38,731 bases of DNA from Chiloscyllium plagiosum (lineage: Eukaryota): positions 23,139 through 61,869 of the forward strand of contig NW_025215374.1 in the NCBI RefSeq assembly GCF_004010195.1, read 5' to 3'. Position 1 is the first letter of the stretch. Every line of letters begins with the position of its first letter. The notes beneath the pieces were generated by a model. That model had not been told where the DNA came from. It did not search any database and saw nothing but the letters and a program-made list of their open reading frames with translations. Made by a program: the position numbers and the translations under genes. This document shows, in pieces, positions 1 through 10,796 of the stretch.

Positions 1-18
1 CTCATGATTTTATAAACA

Positions 19-340
19 GACAAGGTCTTTTCCCTGGGTTGTGGAGTCCAGAACTGGAGGGCATAGGTTTAGAGTGAGAGGGGAAAGATTTTAAAAGGGA
101 CCTCAGGGACAAGTGTTTCATGCAGAGGGTGGTGCATGTATGGAATGAGTGTCAGAGGAAGTGATGGAGGATGGTACAATTACGGCATTTAAAAGGCATC
201 TGGATGGGCATATGAATAGGAAGGGTTTAGAGCGATAGTGGGCAAGTCCTGGCAAATGGGACGAGATTAGGTTAGGATAACTGGTCGGCATGGACGAGTT
301 GGGCTAAAGGGTCTGTTTCCGTGCTGTACACCTCTACGCC
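19..340 (+). mobile_element. CR1-clade (HER1-like) LINE 3' fragment
   Basis: Typical ORF2 C-terminal and 3' UTR sequence (gggcataggtttagagtgagagggg...gagggtggtgcatgtatggaatgag...gggtctgtttccgtgctgta); related copies recur throughout the window. Confidence 0.85.
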
Positions 341-411
341 TTTACTTCAGAACTCTGAAATTGTTCATGAAAACCACTTCAGTAATCTGCCCAGTTTTAA
401 CACTACAATGC

Positions 412-742
412 ACAGGGGCAGAATGAGGCCATTTGGCCCATTGAGTCTGCTCCACCAGTCGATCATGGCCGATATGTTTCTCAACCCCATTCTGTTGCCT
501 TCTCCTCGTAACCCTTGATCCCCTTACTTATCAAAGACCTATCTATCCCTGTCTTAAATGCCCTCAATGACTTGGCCTCCACAGCGCTATGCAGCAATGA
601 GATCCACAGATTCACCATCCTCTGGCTGCAGAAATTCCTCCTCATCTCAGTTCTGAAGGGCATTTCTTCACCCTGAGCCTGTGTCCTCTGGTCCTCGTTT
701 CTCCTACTGGTGGAAACATCTTCCCCACATCCACTGTATCCA
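412..742 (-). mobile_element. CR1-clade LINE 3' fragment
   Basis: Minus-strand translation FRTEMRRNFCSQRMVNLWISL...AFKTGIDRSL is the CR1 ORF2 C-terminus, followed by its 3' UTR. Confidence 0.85.
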
Positions 743-1106
743 GTCAGAGTCACGCAGCACGGAAACAGATCCTTTGGTCCAACCAGTCCATGTCGACCAT
801 AATCCCCAACTAAACTAGTCCCACCTACATGTGCTTGGCCCAATATCCCTCTGAACATTTCTTATTCATGTACTATTCCAAATGTCATTTAAATGTTGTG
901 ACTGTAAGCGCATCTACCACTTCCTCTGGAAATTCATTCCACACGTGAAGCACTCTGTGTAAAAATGGTGCCCCTTATTTTGTTTTTAAATCTTTCTGTT
1001 CTCACCTTAAACATATGTCTGCTGGTCTTGAAATCCCTCATTCCAGGGAAATGACTCCTGACAGTCATCTTCTCTGTATCCAGCAAGATTTTATAAATCT
1101 CTAAGA
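743..1106 (-). mobile_element. CR1-clade LINE 3' fragment (second subfamily)
   Basis: Reverse-complement homolog of the 19-340 element (cagcacggaaacagatcctttggtccaac...cattccacac). Confidence 0.8.
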
Positions 1107-1108
1107 AG

Positions 1109-1203
1109 ACCTGAGATGTTAGCTTGCTCTCTCTCTGTGGACGCTGCCTGACCAGCTGTGATCTCCAGCATTTGTTGTTTTCAGGAAGAATTCCAGCGTC
1201 TGT
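1109..1203 (+). mobile_element. Penelope-like element terminal-repeat fragment
   Basis: gacgctgcctgaccagctgtgatctccagca motif, shared with copies at 2188, 3864 and 37930. Confidence 0.55.
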
Positions 1204-1323
1204 CGCAATGCGCTCCTAAATGTTGGCTACCTCTTTCCAGATCCTTTGAGACTCGACCTGACTCAACAATCCACTGTGCGGTACAGTCAATAAACTTCCA
1301 CATTCATCTCTTTCAGCACACAT

Positions 1324-1628
1324 GGGCGGCACGGTGGCTCAGTGGTTAGCACTGCTGCCTCACAGCACCAGGGACAAGGATTTGATTCCAGCTTCAGGTG
1401 ACTGTCTGTGTGGAGTTTGCACATTGTCCCCCCCCCCGTAGCTGTGTGGGTTTCATCCAGGTGCTCCGGTTTCCTCCCACAGTCCAAAGATGTGCTGGAC
1501 AGGGTGAATTGGCTATGCTAAATTGCCCCCATAGTGTTCAGGGATGAGTGGGTTAGGTATATTAGTCAGAGGTAAATGGAGAGTTGTTGGGCCAAATGGC
1601 CTCATTCCGCACTGTAGGGATTCGATGT
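1324..1628 (+). mobile_element. HE1-type tRNA-derived V-SINE
   Basis: A box TGGCTCAGTGG (1335-1345), degenerate B box GATTTGATTCC (1379-1389), V-domain tgtgtggagtttgcac...ccggtttcctcccacagtccaaagatgtg, and a LINE-like 3' tail. Confidence 0.9.
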
Positions 1629-1763
1629 GGCAACCCCCCAGCTGTTTGCATTTCCTGTAGAGGAAGTGGGGACGGGCCGAAAGTTCAGTGAGTGTGAAGC
1701 GAAAATTAAACATAGTGCTTTGCTTGAGCTCAAGCTGAGTGACTTGGTGACGGGACTGGAAAA

Positions 1764-2032
1764 GGTATGGTGTCTGTGGTTAGTGATGCTGCCTCACGGT
1801 ACCAGAGAGCCAGATACAATTCCAGCCTCGGGGCCGTTGTCTGTGTGGATATTGCACATTCTCTGTCTGGTGTTTGCGGCGGATTTCTTCCAGAGCACCT
1901 GTTTCTTCCCACTATCCAAAGATGTGCAGGTTTGGGTGAATTAGGCATGTTAAATTGTCCACAGTGTCCAGGATGTGTAGGTTAGATGCATTAATCAGGT
2001 GTAAATTTAGACCAATCAGAGTAGGGCAATGG
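1764..2032 (+). mobile_element. HE1-type V-SINE, older and diverged
   Basis: gtggttagtgatgctgcctcac head and cccactatccaaagatgtgcaggtt core, collinear with 1324-1628. Confidence 0.8.
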
Positions 2033-2187
2033 TGCTTTCAATTTCATGGAATTACAAAAGAAAAGAATGTTCCGCATAAAGTAGAATTGCTTGTTCTGAA
2101 TTTCTACCCTGACTGACAGTGATGACTTTCATAATTTTTTTTCCAGTGCATTTGAAGATTTGAAGACTGAAGTTTCAAATTCAGTAG

Positions 2188-2306
2188 TTGAAGGCCTTAT
2201 GCCCGAAACAGCAACTCTCCTGCTCCTTGGATGCTGCCTGACCTGCTGTGTATTTCCAGCACCACACATTTTGACTGACTCTCCGGCGTCTGCAGTCCTC
2301 ATTTTC
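2188..2306 (+). mobile_element. Penelope-like terminal-repeat fragment with a decayed hammerhead-like core
   Basis: gaaggccttatgcccgaaac followed by gatgctgcctgacctgctgtg...ccagcaccacac...tctgcagtcctca; lies just upstream of the zinc-finger array. Confidence 0.65.
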
Positions 2307-2579
2307 ACGTCAATGACAGACAGTCAATCAATTCATTGGGACTGTAACGATTTTCGACTATGATTCTGTGAGGAGGAGCAAAACTCTTTGGTTTCTGTTT
2401 CAGTACGCTTTCAGCATCAGTGGAGCTGGATGAGAGACGCTACTGTGGCAGCGCATTGAATGTGCAGCCTGTAACAATTATACAGCCTGGAAAGAGGAAT
2501 TCACAGCAGAGAGGGATTGTACATGCGTTTGTGTGCAGCTAAAGCTTTGGCCACGGAGAAACCAGAGGAATCTCGCCCC

Positions 2580-3528
2580 ATGGAGAAACCGTGGAAGTGT
2601 GGTGACTGCGGGAAAGGCTTCAGTGTCCCATCTGCCCTGGAAATTCATCAGCGCAGTCACACCAGGGAGAGGCCGTTCTCCAGCCCAGAGTGTGGGAAGG
2701 GATTTATCCGCTCTTCCCACCTGCTGGACCAAGTCCACACTGGGGAGAGACCATTCACCTGCCCAGAGTGCGGGAACAGCTTCACCCACTCCTCCCATTT
2801 GCTGGCGCACCAACGTGTCCAAACCGGGGAGAGGCCCTTCCCCTGCTCTGATTGTGGGAAGGCCTTCAGCAAATCCTCTGACCTATTGAAGCACCAGCGG
2901 GTCCACACGGGGGAGAGGCCATTCAGTTGCCCCGAGTGCGGGAAGGCCTTTAGCAATTCCTCTGCCCTGCTGAGGCACCAGTGGGTCCACACAGGCAAGA
3001 AGCCGTTCCCCTGCCCCGAATGCAGGAAGGGCTTCAGCAGTTCCTCCTCCCTGCTGACACACCAGCAGGTCCACATTTGCCTGCCATGAGTGTGGGAAGG
3101 GCTTTACCCAGCCCTCCCAACTGCTGACCCACCGCCGGGTCGACACGGGGGAGAAGCCGTTCTCCTGCTCAGTGTGCAGGAAGGGCATTGCGGTCTCCTC
3201 CAATCTCGTGGCCCACCAGCGGGTCCACATGGGGGAGAGGTCCTTCAGCTGTCCCGAGTGCGGGAAGGCCTTCAGCAATTCCTCCCACCTGCTGAGGCAT
3301 CAATGGATCCACACTGGGGAGAAGCCGTTTTCCTGCCCAGAGTACGAGAAACGCTTTAACCGCTCCTCCCACCTACTGACCCACCGGCGGGTCCATAGAG
3401 GGGAGAGGCCATTCAGCTGCCCTGAATGTGGCAAGACGTTCACATTTTCCAGCAACTTGCGAAGACACCAGCAGGGGCACCAGTGCTCCCAACAATCTGA
3501 TTCCGCCAGTGACGCTACTGTGGACTAA
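2580..3528 (+). pseudogene. Tandem C2H2 (Kruppel-type) zinc-finger pseudogene, 11 fingers
   Basis: Starts MEKPWKCGDCGKGF, then CxxC...HxxxH fingers with TGERP/TGEKP linkers. A 14-nt linker deletion at ~3075 shifts the frame between fingers 6 and 7. Zn-ligand losses: finger 2 (C>S plus a 6-nt deletion), 3 (H>Q), 7 (H>D), 10 (C>Y). Candidate acceptor ttttttttccag at 2146. Confidence 0.88.
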
Positions 3529-3642
3529 ACCTTCTGCCCCGTTCCGACAATGGGTGCTGTGGGAAAATTGATGGGCTTTTTAAAAAAAAATTCTGGACTT
3601 CACACCACCTCGCACCCCCAACTGCAACCCCACAGTGGCTCA

Positions 3643-4192
3643 GGGCGGCATGGTGGCTCAGTGCTAAGCACAGCTGCCTCAGAGCCATGGACTCGGGTTT
3701 GAATCTACTGTTTGATTCTCCCGTGTCTGCGTGGGTTTCCTCGGGGTGTTCTGGTTTGTTCCCACAATACAAAGATGTACAAGTTAGGGTGAGTTAGCCT
3801 AGCTAAATTGTCCGTCGTGTTCAGGAATGTGTAAGTGTGGTACATTAGTCAGGGGTAAATGTAGACTGGTCAAGTGTGTGGTGCTGGAAAAGCACAGCAG
3901 GTCAGGCAGCATCTGAGGCGCAGGAGGATCAACGTTTTGGGCATAAGTCCTTCCTCAGCAATGATGCCTGAAACATTGATTCTCCTGTTCTTCGGCTGCT
4001 GCCTGAGCTGCTGTGCTTTTCCAGCACCACACTCTCGACTATGATCTCCAGCATCTGCAGTCCTCACTTTCTCCAAGTAAATGTAAAGTAATAGGATTAA
4101 GAGAATGGGTCTGGGTGGGTAACTGTACGGAGGGTTGGTGTTGCCTTGTTGGGCCAAAGGGCCTGTTTACATTCTGTAGGGATTCTGTGATT
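3643..4192 (+). mobile_element. HE1-type V-SINE interrupted by a Penelope-type insertion
   Basis: gggcggcatggtggctcagtg head and V-domain; the tail resumes at 4077 after the insertion. Confidence 0.85.
3864..4076. mobile_element. Palindromic Penelope-like terminal-repeat insertion
   Basis: Inverted arms (gtgtggtgctggaaaagcacagcag... / ...ctgctgtgcttttccagcaccacac) plus an asymmetric tail; flanked by the 9-bp direct repeat GTAAATGTA (3855-3863, 4077-4085). Confidence 0.75.
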
Positions 4193-4329
4193 CCATAAAC
4201 TTTGCTTCCAGTGGGCGACACTACTGAGTCTGGGACTGCACGTTCCCACTGAAACAATCCGTAGAAAGCTAAGACCACTGGAGCAGACATTAGGCCATTC
4301 AGCCAACTGAGTCTGTTCCGCCATTTGTT

Positions 4330-4472
4330 AGAAACAAAAAAAATTGCGGTTGCTGGAAATCAAAGTAGGCAAGCAGTATGCTGGGAGAATGCAGCAAGCC
4401 AGGCAGCATCAGGAGGTGAAGTTAGCGTTTCAGGACTGAAGAAGGGTTCTTCCCGAAACATTGACTTCTGTA
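4330..4472. mobile_element. Penelope-like terminal fragment with hammerhead-like core (duplicated at ~5189-5333)
   Basis: gctggaaat...gcagcaagccaggcagcatc arm, then CTGAAGA-A-GGG-TTCTT-CCC-GAAAC at 4436-4459 (second copy 5297-5320). Confidence 0.6.
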
Positions 4473-4489
4473 TCTGGAACAATTTCCCA

Positions 4490-4798
4490 GATTGTTGCCA
4501 GGGGTTGGAGGGTTTGAGCTGCAGGGAGAGGCTATTTGGCTGGGCGAGAGATTTAAAAGGGACGTAAGGGGCAATGTTTTCAGGCAGAGGGGAGTGCATG
4601 TATGGAATGAGTTTCCAGAGAGAGTGGAGGCTGGTACAATTATACCACTTAGAAGGCATCTGGTTTCGGACCTGAACAGGAAGGGTTTAGAAGGATAATG
4701 GGCCAAATACTGATAAATGGGACCAAATTAATTTAGGATGTCTTGTCAGCATCGATGAGTTGGACCGAAGGGTCTGTTTCCGTGCAGTATATCTCTGT
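4490..4798 (+). mobile_element. CR1-clade LINE 3' fragment (duplicated at ~5351-5658)
   Basis: Translation LPGVGG...GERFKRDVRGNVFRQRGVHVWNEFPE and the gggtctgtttccgtgc 3' UTR. Confidence 0.85.
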
Positions 4799-5838
4799 CT
4801 ACCGGTCCTGATGTAAGTTTTAAAATGGAGTCCAAGTAACTTTGAATAGTTCAGTCTTGTTGAACTCCCCTCTTGAAAGGTTTCAAATGAATCCCTCCAA
4901 GTGATACTGTTTAAAAATGCCGTGTTGTACAAAATATCCCATTAAGTTCGACGCAAACTCACAGCTGAAGACATCAGAAGTCACACAACATCAGGTTACA
5001 GCTTTAGGAGCATTGCGGGCCTGTTTACATTCTGTAGGGATTCTGTGATTCCATAAACTTTGCTTCCAGTGGGTGACACTACTCGGAGTCTGGGACTGCA
5101 CGTTCCCACTGAAACAATCCGCAGAAAGCTAAGACCACTGGAGCAGACATTAGGCCATTCAGCCAACTGAGTCTGTTCCGCCATTTGTTAGAAACAAAAA
5201 AATATTGTGGTTGCTGGAATCCAAAGTAGGCAAGCAGGATGCTGGGAGAACGCAGCAAGCCAGGTAGCATTAGGAGGTGAAGTTAGTGTTTCAGGACTGA
5301 AGAAGGGTTCTTCCCGAAACATTGACTTCTGTATCAGAAACAATTTCCCAGATTGTTGCCAGGGGTTGGAGGGTTTGAGCCGCAGGGAGAGCTATTTGGC
5401 TAGGTGAGAGATTTAAAAGGGACGTAAGGGGCAATGTTTTCAGGCAGAGGGTAGTGCATGTATGGAATGAGTTTCCAGAGAGAGTGGAGGCTGGTACAAT
5501 TATACCACATAGAAGGCATCTGGTTTCGGACCTGAACAGGAAGGGTTTAGAAGGATAATGGGCCAAATACTGACAAATGGGACCAAATTAATTTCGGAGG
5601 TCTTGTCAGCATCGATGAGTTGGACTGAAGGGTCTGTTTCCGTGCTATACATCTCTATGTCGACCGGTCCTGATGTAAGTTTTAAAATGGAGTCCAAGTA
5701 ACTTTGAATAGTTCAGTCTTGTTGAACTCATCTCTTGAAAGGTTTCAAATGAATCCCTCCAAGTGATACTGTTTAAAAATACCGTGTTGTACAAAATATC
5801 CCATTAAGTTCGGCGCAAACTCACAGCTGAAGATATCA

Positions 5839-6043
5839 GAAATCACACAACACCAGCTTACAGACCAACAGGTTTATTTGAAATCACAAGCTTTAGGAGC
5901 ATTGCTCCTTCTTCGTCACTTCACTGACAAAGGAGCAGTCCTCCAAAATCTCGTGAGTTCAAATAAACCTGTTGGACTCTAACCTGGTGCCATTTGACTT
6001 CTGCCCTTGTCCAGCCCAATCTAACACCAGCACTTCCAAATCA
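5839..6043. mobile_element. Palindromic Penelope-type terminal element, second family
   Basis: Arms ccaacaggtttatttgaaatcacaag / ctcgtgagttcaaataaacctgttgg surround head-to-head decayed hammerhead-like cores (CTGACAA-A-GGAG-CAGTC-CTCC-AAAA at 5924). Confidence 0.6.
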
Positions 6044-6132
6044 GAGTTGACTAATGAGATCGGATTTTATTCAGTGTGATTAAGTGAGATGCTCATCTGA
6101 AAATTCAAAACTGTTGGAGCGACAAAGAGACA

Positions 6133-6415
6133 CGAGTCAGTGCTACAGCACGGAGACAGGCCCATCGGCCCAAAATGGTCCATGCCGACCAATATGTCCA
6201 TCAACAGTAACCCTATTTCCCTGCACTTGGCCACTATCCTTCTAAACCTTTCCTCTCCATGTATTTGACCAAATGTATTTTAAATGTTGTTCATGTACCT
6301 ACCTCAACCACTTCCACTGGCAGCTCAGTCCATACGCAAACCACACTCTGAAAAAATATGTGGGGCAAAAATTTTACAATCTCTCCCCTCTCACCATACA
6401 AATGTGTCCGAGGGG
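6133..6415 (-). mobile_element. CR1-clade LINE 3' fragment
   Basis: tacagcacggagacaggcccatcggccc...ccacttccactggcagctc, antisense to the CR1 3' end. Confidence 0.8.
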
Positions 6416-6794
6416 GAAAACATTCCAGCCTTTATTCCAATTTGTTAATAATGGTGCAGTGATGATTTCAGCTGTGTGTGTGTCAAGGATCTCTCATTTC
6501 TAAACCAATGCAGTGCCACTTAAGTTTACCTGACCTTAAAACGAATGGTACCCCATTCATTTAAAATATGTATGGTTTCTGTGCAAAGTCAGTCCTCATT
6601 GGAAAACAGCCAATAGTGTCTTAAATCCCATAGACTGCTTTTGACCAGGTTTGTATGCTCTGTTTTGAGATGTAGGAGTAAAACTTCACGGTAAAAGATT
6701 AATGCAGCCTTTATTCATGACTCATTATTAAACACACTTTCTCCATTTACGGCTGTAATTGAGAGGCTTCTCTGAATTAGTCGACATGTTTGTA

Positions 6795-6940
6795 ACAAGT
6801 TGTGAAACATGAAAGGGTTCTGAAAAGACTTACAAAGATACTGCCAGGGTTGGAGGGTTTCAGCTGCTGCAAGAGAAAATAGACTGGGGCTATTTTCCCT
6901 GGAGAGTCAGAGGCTGAGAGGTGACCTTACAGACGGTTTT
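6795..6940 (+). mobile_element. CR1-clade LINE internal fragment
   Basis: ctgccagggttggaggg...ctggggctattttccctggag...aggctgagaggtgacctt (the LGLFSLE-RRLRGDL region). Confidence 0.75.
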
Positions 6941-7216
6941 GCGGTAGAAGCGTTTTAGGAAAAAAAAAATCTCAAACCTTTGTTGCCTTTGCCAATATCT
7001 GTTGGCCATTAGTGAAGTCCCTTAGCCCAAACGAATCAGACCCTCTGCCTTTACAACCCCTGTTGGGGAAAGAAAATCAAGAACAACATAATCTTCTTAA
7101 AGGAGTAACATCATCACAACAGAGAGCACACAAGCTGAAACGTTTCTATCAAAAGGTCGTACAGTTAGCAGGCCGAGATAATGACTTTTCAATTTAGCTA
7201 ATTAATTTAATTAGGA

Positions 7217-7509
7217 CTCTCCATGTATTTTAAATATTGTTAATGTACCTACCTCAACCACTTCCACTGGCAGCTCAATCCATACGCAAACCACACTCTG
7301 AAAAACTATGTGGGACAAAAAGTTTACAATCTCTCCCCTCTCACCATACAAATGTGTCCCCAGTCTTGAAAGGCTTAGCAGGATAGAGGCCAAGTGCAAG
7401 GAAATGGGGTTACTGTTGATGGACATTTTGGTCGGCATGGACCAGTTTGGGCCGATGGGCCTGTTTCCATGCTGTAGCACTGACTCGTGTTTCTTTGTCG
7501 CTACCAACA
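7217..7509. repeat. Rearranged copy of 6111-6409 (one half direct, one half inverted)
   Basis: 7217-7359 matches 6253-6409 directly; 7368-7509 is the reverse complement of 6112-6252, including non-LINE flank. Confidence 0.9.
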
Positions 7510-9009
7510 CCTATTAAATTTAAATCTGACAACAGAGGACCAATCCTATTGTAAAAACTCAATATAGCATCAAGGGTAGAAAAGAAGGGGACAGTTGGAC
7601 AGAGCCCCAGTGCTTAGAGTCCTCAGCACGAGAGAGAGAAATCAGCCCTGACAGTCTGTGAATGAGAGAGCAAAAAAACCAGAAGAGCAGGAATTGGAGG
7701 AGACATTCCTGACAAAAGATTCAATAAAAGGATGCATAGAATATTCTGGAAGACATGTAACCTGGCTGTAATCAGAGACACTAAATTCTATTTCTTGTTA
7801 TATTAGTGGATCTTGTATTTATTGGAACAGCATATGACAAGAATCCTGTTTTATGCCAGAATTGTCAGTAGTTCAAAGGGATTTATTCGGTTTGTTAATA
7901 AATTAGTTCAGTTGTTCACCATTCAAGTTGGATACGTAAATTGCTTTTTGTTGATTTTTAAAGTGTCAGGGATTTATTTTTGTTTTTAAGACTAGAGCAG
8001 ATGACACCACTTTTCAGACTAATTTTATAGATTATAGGGCAATGCGCTCCTCTTTTGGTGTTTCAGTTTGAGATCTCAGAGGGGAGGGGATTCAGCATTC
8101 GCTTTATAACAGTATTGCCGTCCTGCTGAATGCAAAGGAGTCATTATTAATCCCAACCTCTCACTCTGATTGTGAGTGAATCGCTTTAATTTGAATACTG
8201 ACGCAGAAACTGCACAGACAACCAACTGTTGAAACAATGATTTACACTTTATTGTAGGTAGCAACCAAAAAAATAAAACCCCTCAAGTAAGCAAGTTCAG
8301 TCTCCCTTCCCCCGCCCAAATCTTGGCCATCACCCAAGTGATGGTGGAATTTAACATTTTTTCCACCAACAGTGCCCATCTCTGGAAGTTTACAGGGGTT
8401 TGATGCAGTGTTGTTCTTCCAAGTACCGTTCCAAATCATTCTGGAGTTGAATTCTGGTGGAGTACCCTCACTTTCAGATTTGTGGTGTAACGTTTCTTTA
8501 GATTTTGACACCACTTCCCCACCCTTCTGGAGACCTCAGGTCTGTAGCTTACCTTATCCTTGAGGGCTTTCCACCTGTTTGAAACAGCCTGTCCTGCAAT
8601 TAACCCCTTTACGCCAAGGCCTGCCTTCTACAGGCAGAATTAATTGTCCTTTTGTCACACAGTCATTAAACACCATTATCTCATCTCTCCAAAGAAACAG
8701 CTCATTGTGCTGCCTCCTCCTTCCCAGCGATGTATGTTATTTGTTAACTCCCTTGTAGCAGTTTCTCATTGGCCCTTTCATTTCTTGGTCCAGAAAGAGT
8801 TATTGCTGACTCATGAAGTTATCAAAGTTCTGGAGTTTACAGGACCACACCACATTCCTCTCTGCCTCCCCCAGGAATAACGATCATTCATGAAATACTC
8901 GCAGTTCCTGACATTCCTTGGTATCCCCAAATACAATCCATATGTCAGGAAATCACTGGTGCTGCCCTGACACCAGATAGTCACTGTTGGAATAGAAGGA
9001 TTATGGGGA

Positions 9010-9718
9010 GAAAATGCAGAAATCCGAAGTGCAAAGAGACTTGGGAGTTCAAGTCCAGGATTTTCTCAAAGCAAACTTGCAGGTTGAGTCAGTAGTTAGG
9101 AAGGCAAATGCAATGATGGTGTTTATTTTGACAGGACTTGAATACAAAAGCAGGGATGTACTTCTGAGACTCTAGCTCTGGTCAGGCCACATTTGAAGCA
9201 TTGTGCGCAGTTTTGGGCCTCCTATTTAGCAAGGATGTGTTGGCCCAGGAGGGTGTTCAGAGGAGGTTCACGAGAATGGTCCCAGGAATGAAAAGTTAAT
9301 GGGGCACTTTTGAGGGCTCTGGTACTATATGGAGTTTAGAAGGATGAGGGGGGTTGCAATTGAAACCTACTGGATACTGAACAGCCTGGAGAGAGTGGAT
9401 GTTGGGAAGATGTTTCCATTGTTAGGACAAACTAGGACCCGAGGGTACAGCCTTAGAGGAAAAGGAAGACCTTTTAGTTGGGAGACAAGGAGAAACTTCT
9501 TCAGCCAGAGAGTGGTGTATCTGTGGAATTCACAGCCACAGAAGGCTGTGGAGGCCAGGTCATTGAGCATATTTAAGATGGAGACAGAAATGTTTTTAAG
9601 TATTAAGAGGATCAAGGGTTCCAGGACGAATGGGCTTGAGAAAGTTAACAGCCACGATTGAATGGTGGAGTGGACTCAATGGGGTGAATGGCCTAATTTC
9701 AGTTCCTATGGTCTTATG
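9010..9718 (+). mobile_element. CR1-clade LINE, 5'-truncated
   Basis: QRDLGV..., then EFRRMRG...TRTRGYSLRGKGRPFSWETRRNFFSQRVVYLWNS, then a 3' UTR ending cctatggtcttatg. Confidence 0.9.
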
Positions 9719-9834
9719 ATATGCTGATGTGTGGAGGGGTGATGAGTGGGCAAAGAGATGAAGTGGGGAGTAGCGTTAAGGGGAAGCTGGATTCCGACAC
9801 AAGGGAGAAAGAAATACAAGAACTGTACAATAAA

Positions 9835-10495
9835 TTTCAGAACTCTTAGTAGCACTGGCATGCAAAGGGATCTGGGCATATAGATCCCTGAAAGTGGAAA
9901 CAGATGTGGGTATGGTGGTCAAGAAGACCAATTCCCTGAGTGTAAGAATTGGCAAGTTATGTTACAGCTATTTATTTCAACCACATTCGGAATATTGTAT
10001 GCAGTTCTGGTCACTACTCTATCAGAAGGACGTGGATGCTCTGGAAGAGGGTGCTTTAGTCAAGGGCTAATGTTGTGTAATAGGAGTAGGTGAATAAGTC
10101 TGTGTCAGTTACTCTTCAGAGGGTCAGTGTGCACATGTTGCGCTGAATGGTCTTTTCCACACTAGGGATTGTATGTTACTCAGAGGTTTTTTTTAATTCC
10201 CCAGGGTGAAAAGGTCAACCACAAAAGGGCACAGGTTCAAGGCAAGAGGAGGGCAGTCTACGGGAGAAGTGGAGGGGAAAGTTTTTCACACAGAGGGTTG
10301 ATGGGTGGTGGAAGCAAGCACCTGAGCAACTTTTAAGGTGTATCTTGATAGACACACGAACGCGAGATGAACAGAAGGATAGAAACCACACATGGGCAAT
10401 AAATAGCAGGTCCAAGTGAGAATTAAGAATTGGCACAGGCTTGACAGGGGTGCCTAAACCAAATAAGAAGGGCTTGTGACTATGCTGTATTGTAC
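9835..10495 (+). mobile_element. Old CR1-clade LINE fragments with an HE1-type SINE tail at ~10056-10175
   Basis: caaagggatctggg, gaatattgtatgcagttctggtcac and gggcacaggttcaagg...ttttcacacagagggt motifs; the SINE tail ends cacactagggattgtatg. Confidence 0.7.
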
Positions 10496-10690
10496 TGATA
10501 CAAGTTTTCCCCACTATCCAAAAGTGGACTGTTCATATGAAACCTTTCATAAGGCAAAATAGAGTAAAGCGAAGAAGCAATGAACATTAATTCATTTATA
10601 TCGTATATACTCAAGTAATAGTCAAATTTTTGACTACTTTTCAAGGTTAAATTTAGGGGGTCAACTGTTACTTGGATACTACTTGAGGGG

Positions 10691-10796
10691 NNNNNNNNNN
10701 NNNNNNNNNNNNNNNNNNNNNNNNNNNNNNNNNNNNNNNNNNNNNNNNNNNNNNNNNNNNNNNNNNNNNNNNNNNNNNNNNNNNNNNNNNNNNNNN
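10691..10796. other. Assembly gap (N run)
   Basis: 106 N; hides the 5' boundary of the large array. Confidence 1.

Larger units (their letters stand above)
4159..5905 (+). repeat. Head-to-tail tandem duplication (4159-5016 and 5017-5905)
   Basis: Both units begin gggcctgtttacattctgtagggattc and end gctttaggagcattgc; they are collinear with scattered substitutions and small indels. Confidence 0.95.

Noticed and set aside
1324..1395. tRNA genes (A/B boxes here and at 1764, 3643, 36309)
   Set aside because: These are SINE heads: no cloverleaf, and each continues into the V-domain and LINE-derived tail.
2478..3372. Minus-strand and alternative-frame ORFs over the ZNF region
   Set aside because: Shadow ORFs typical of C2H2 arrays.
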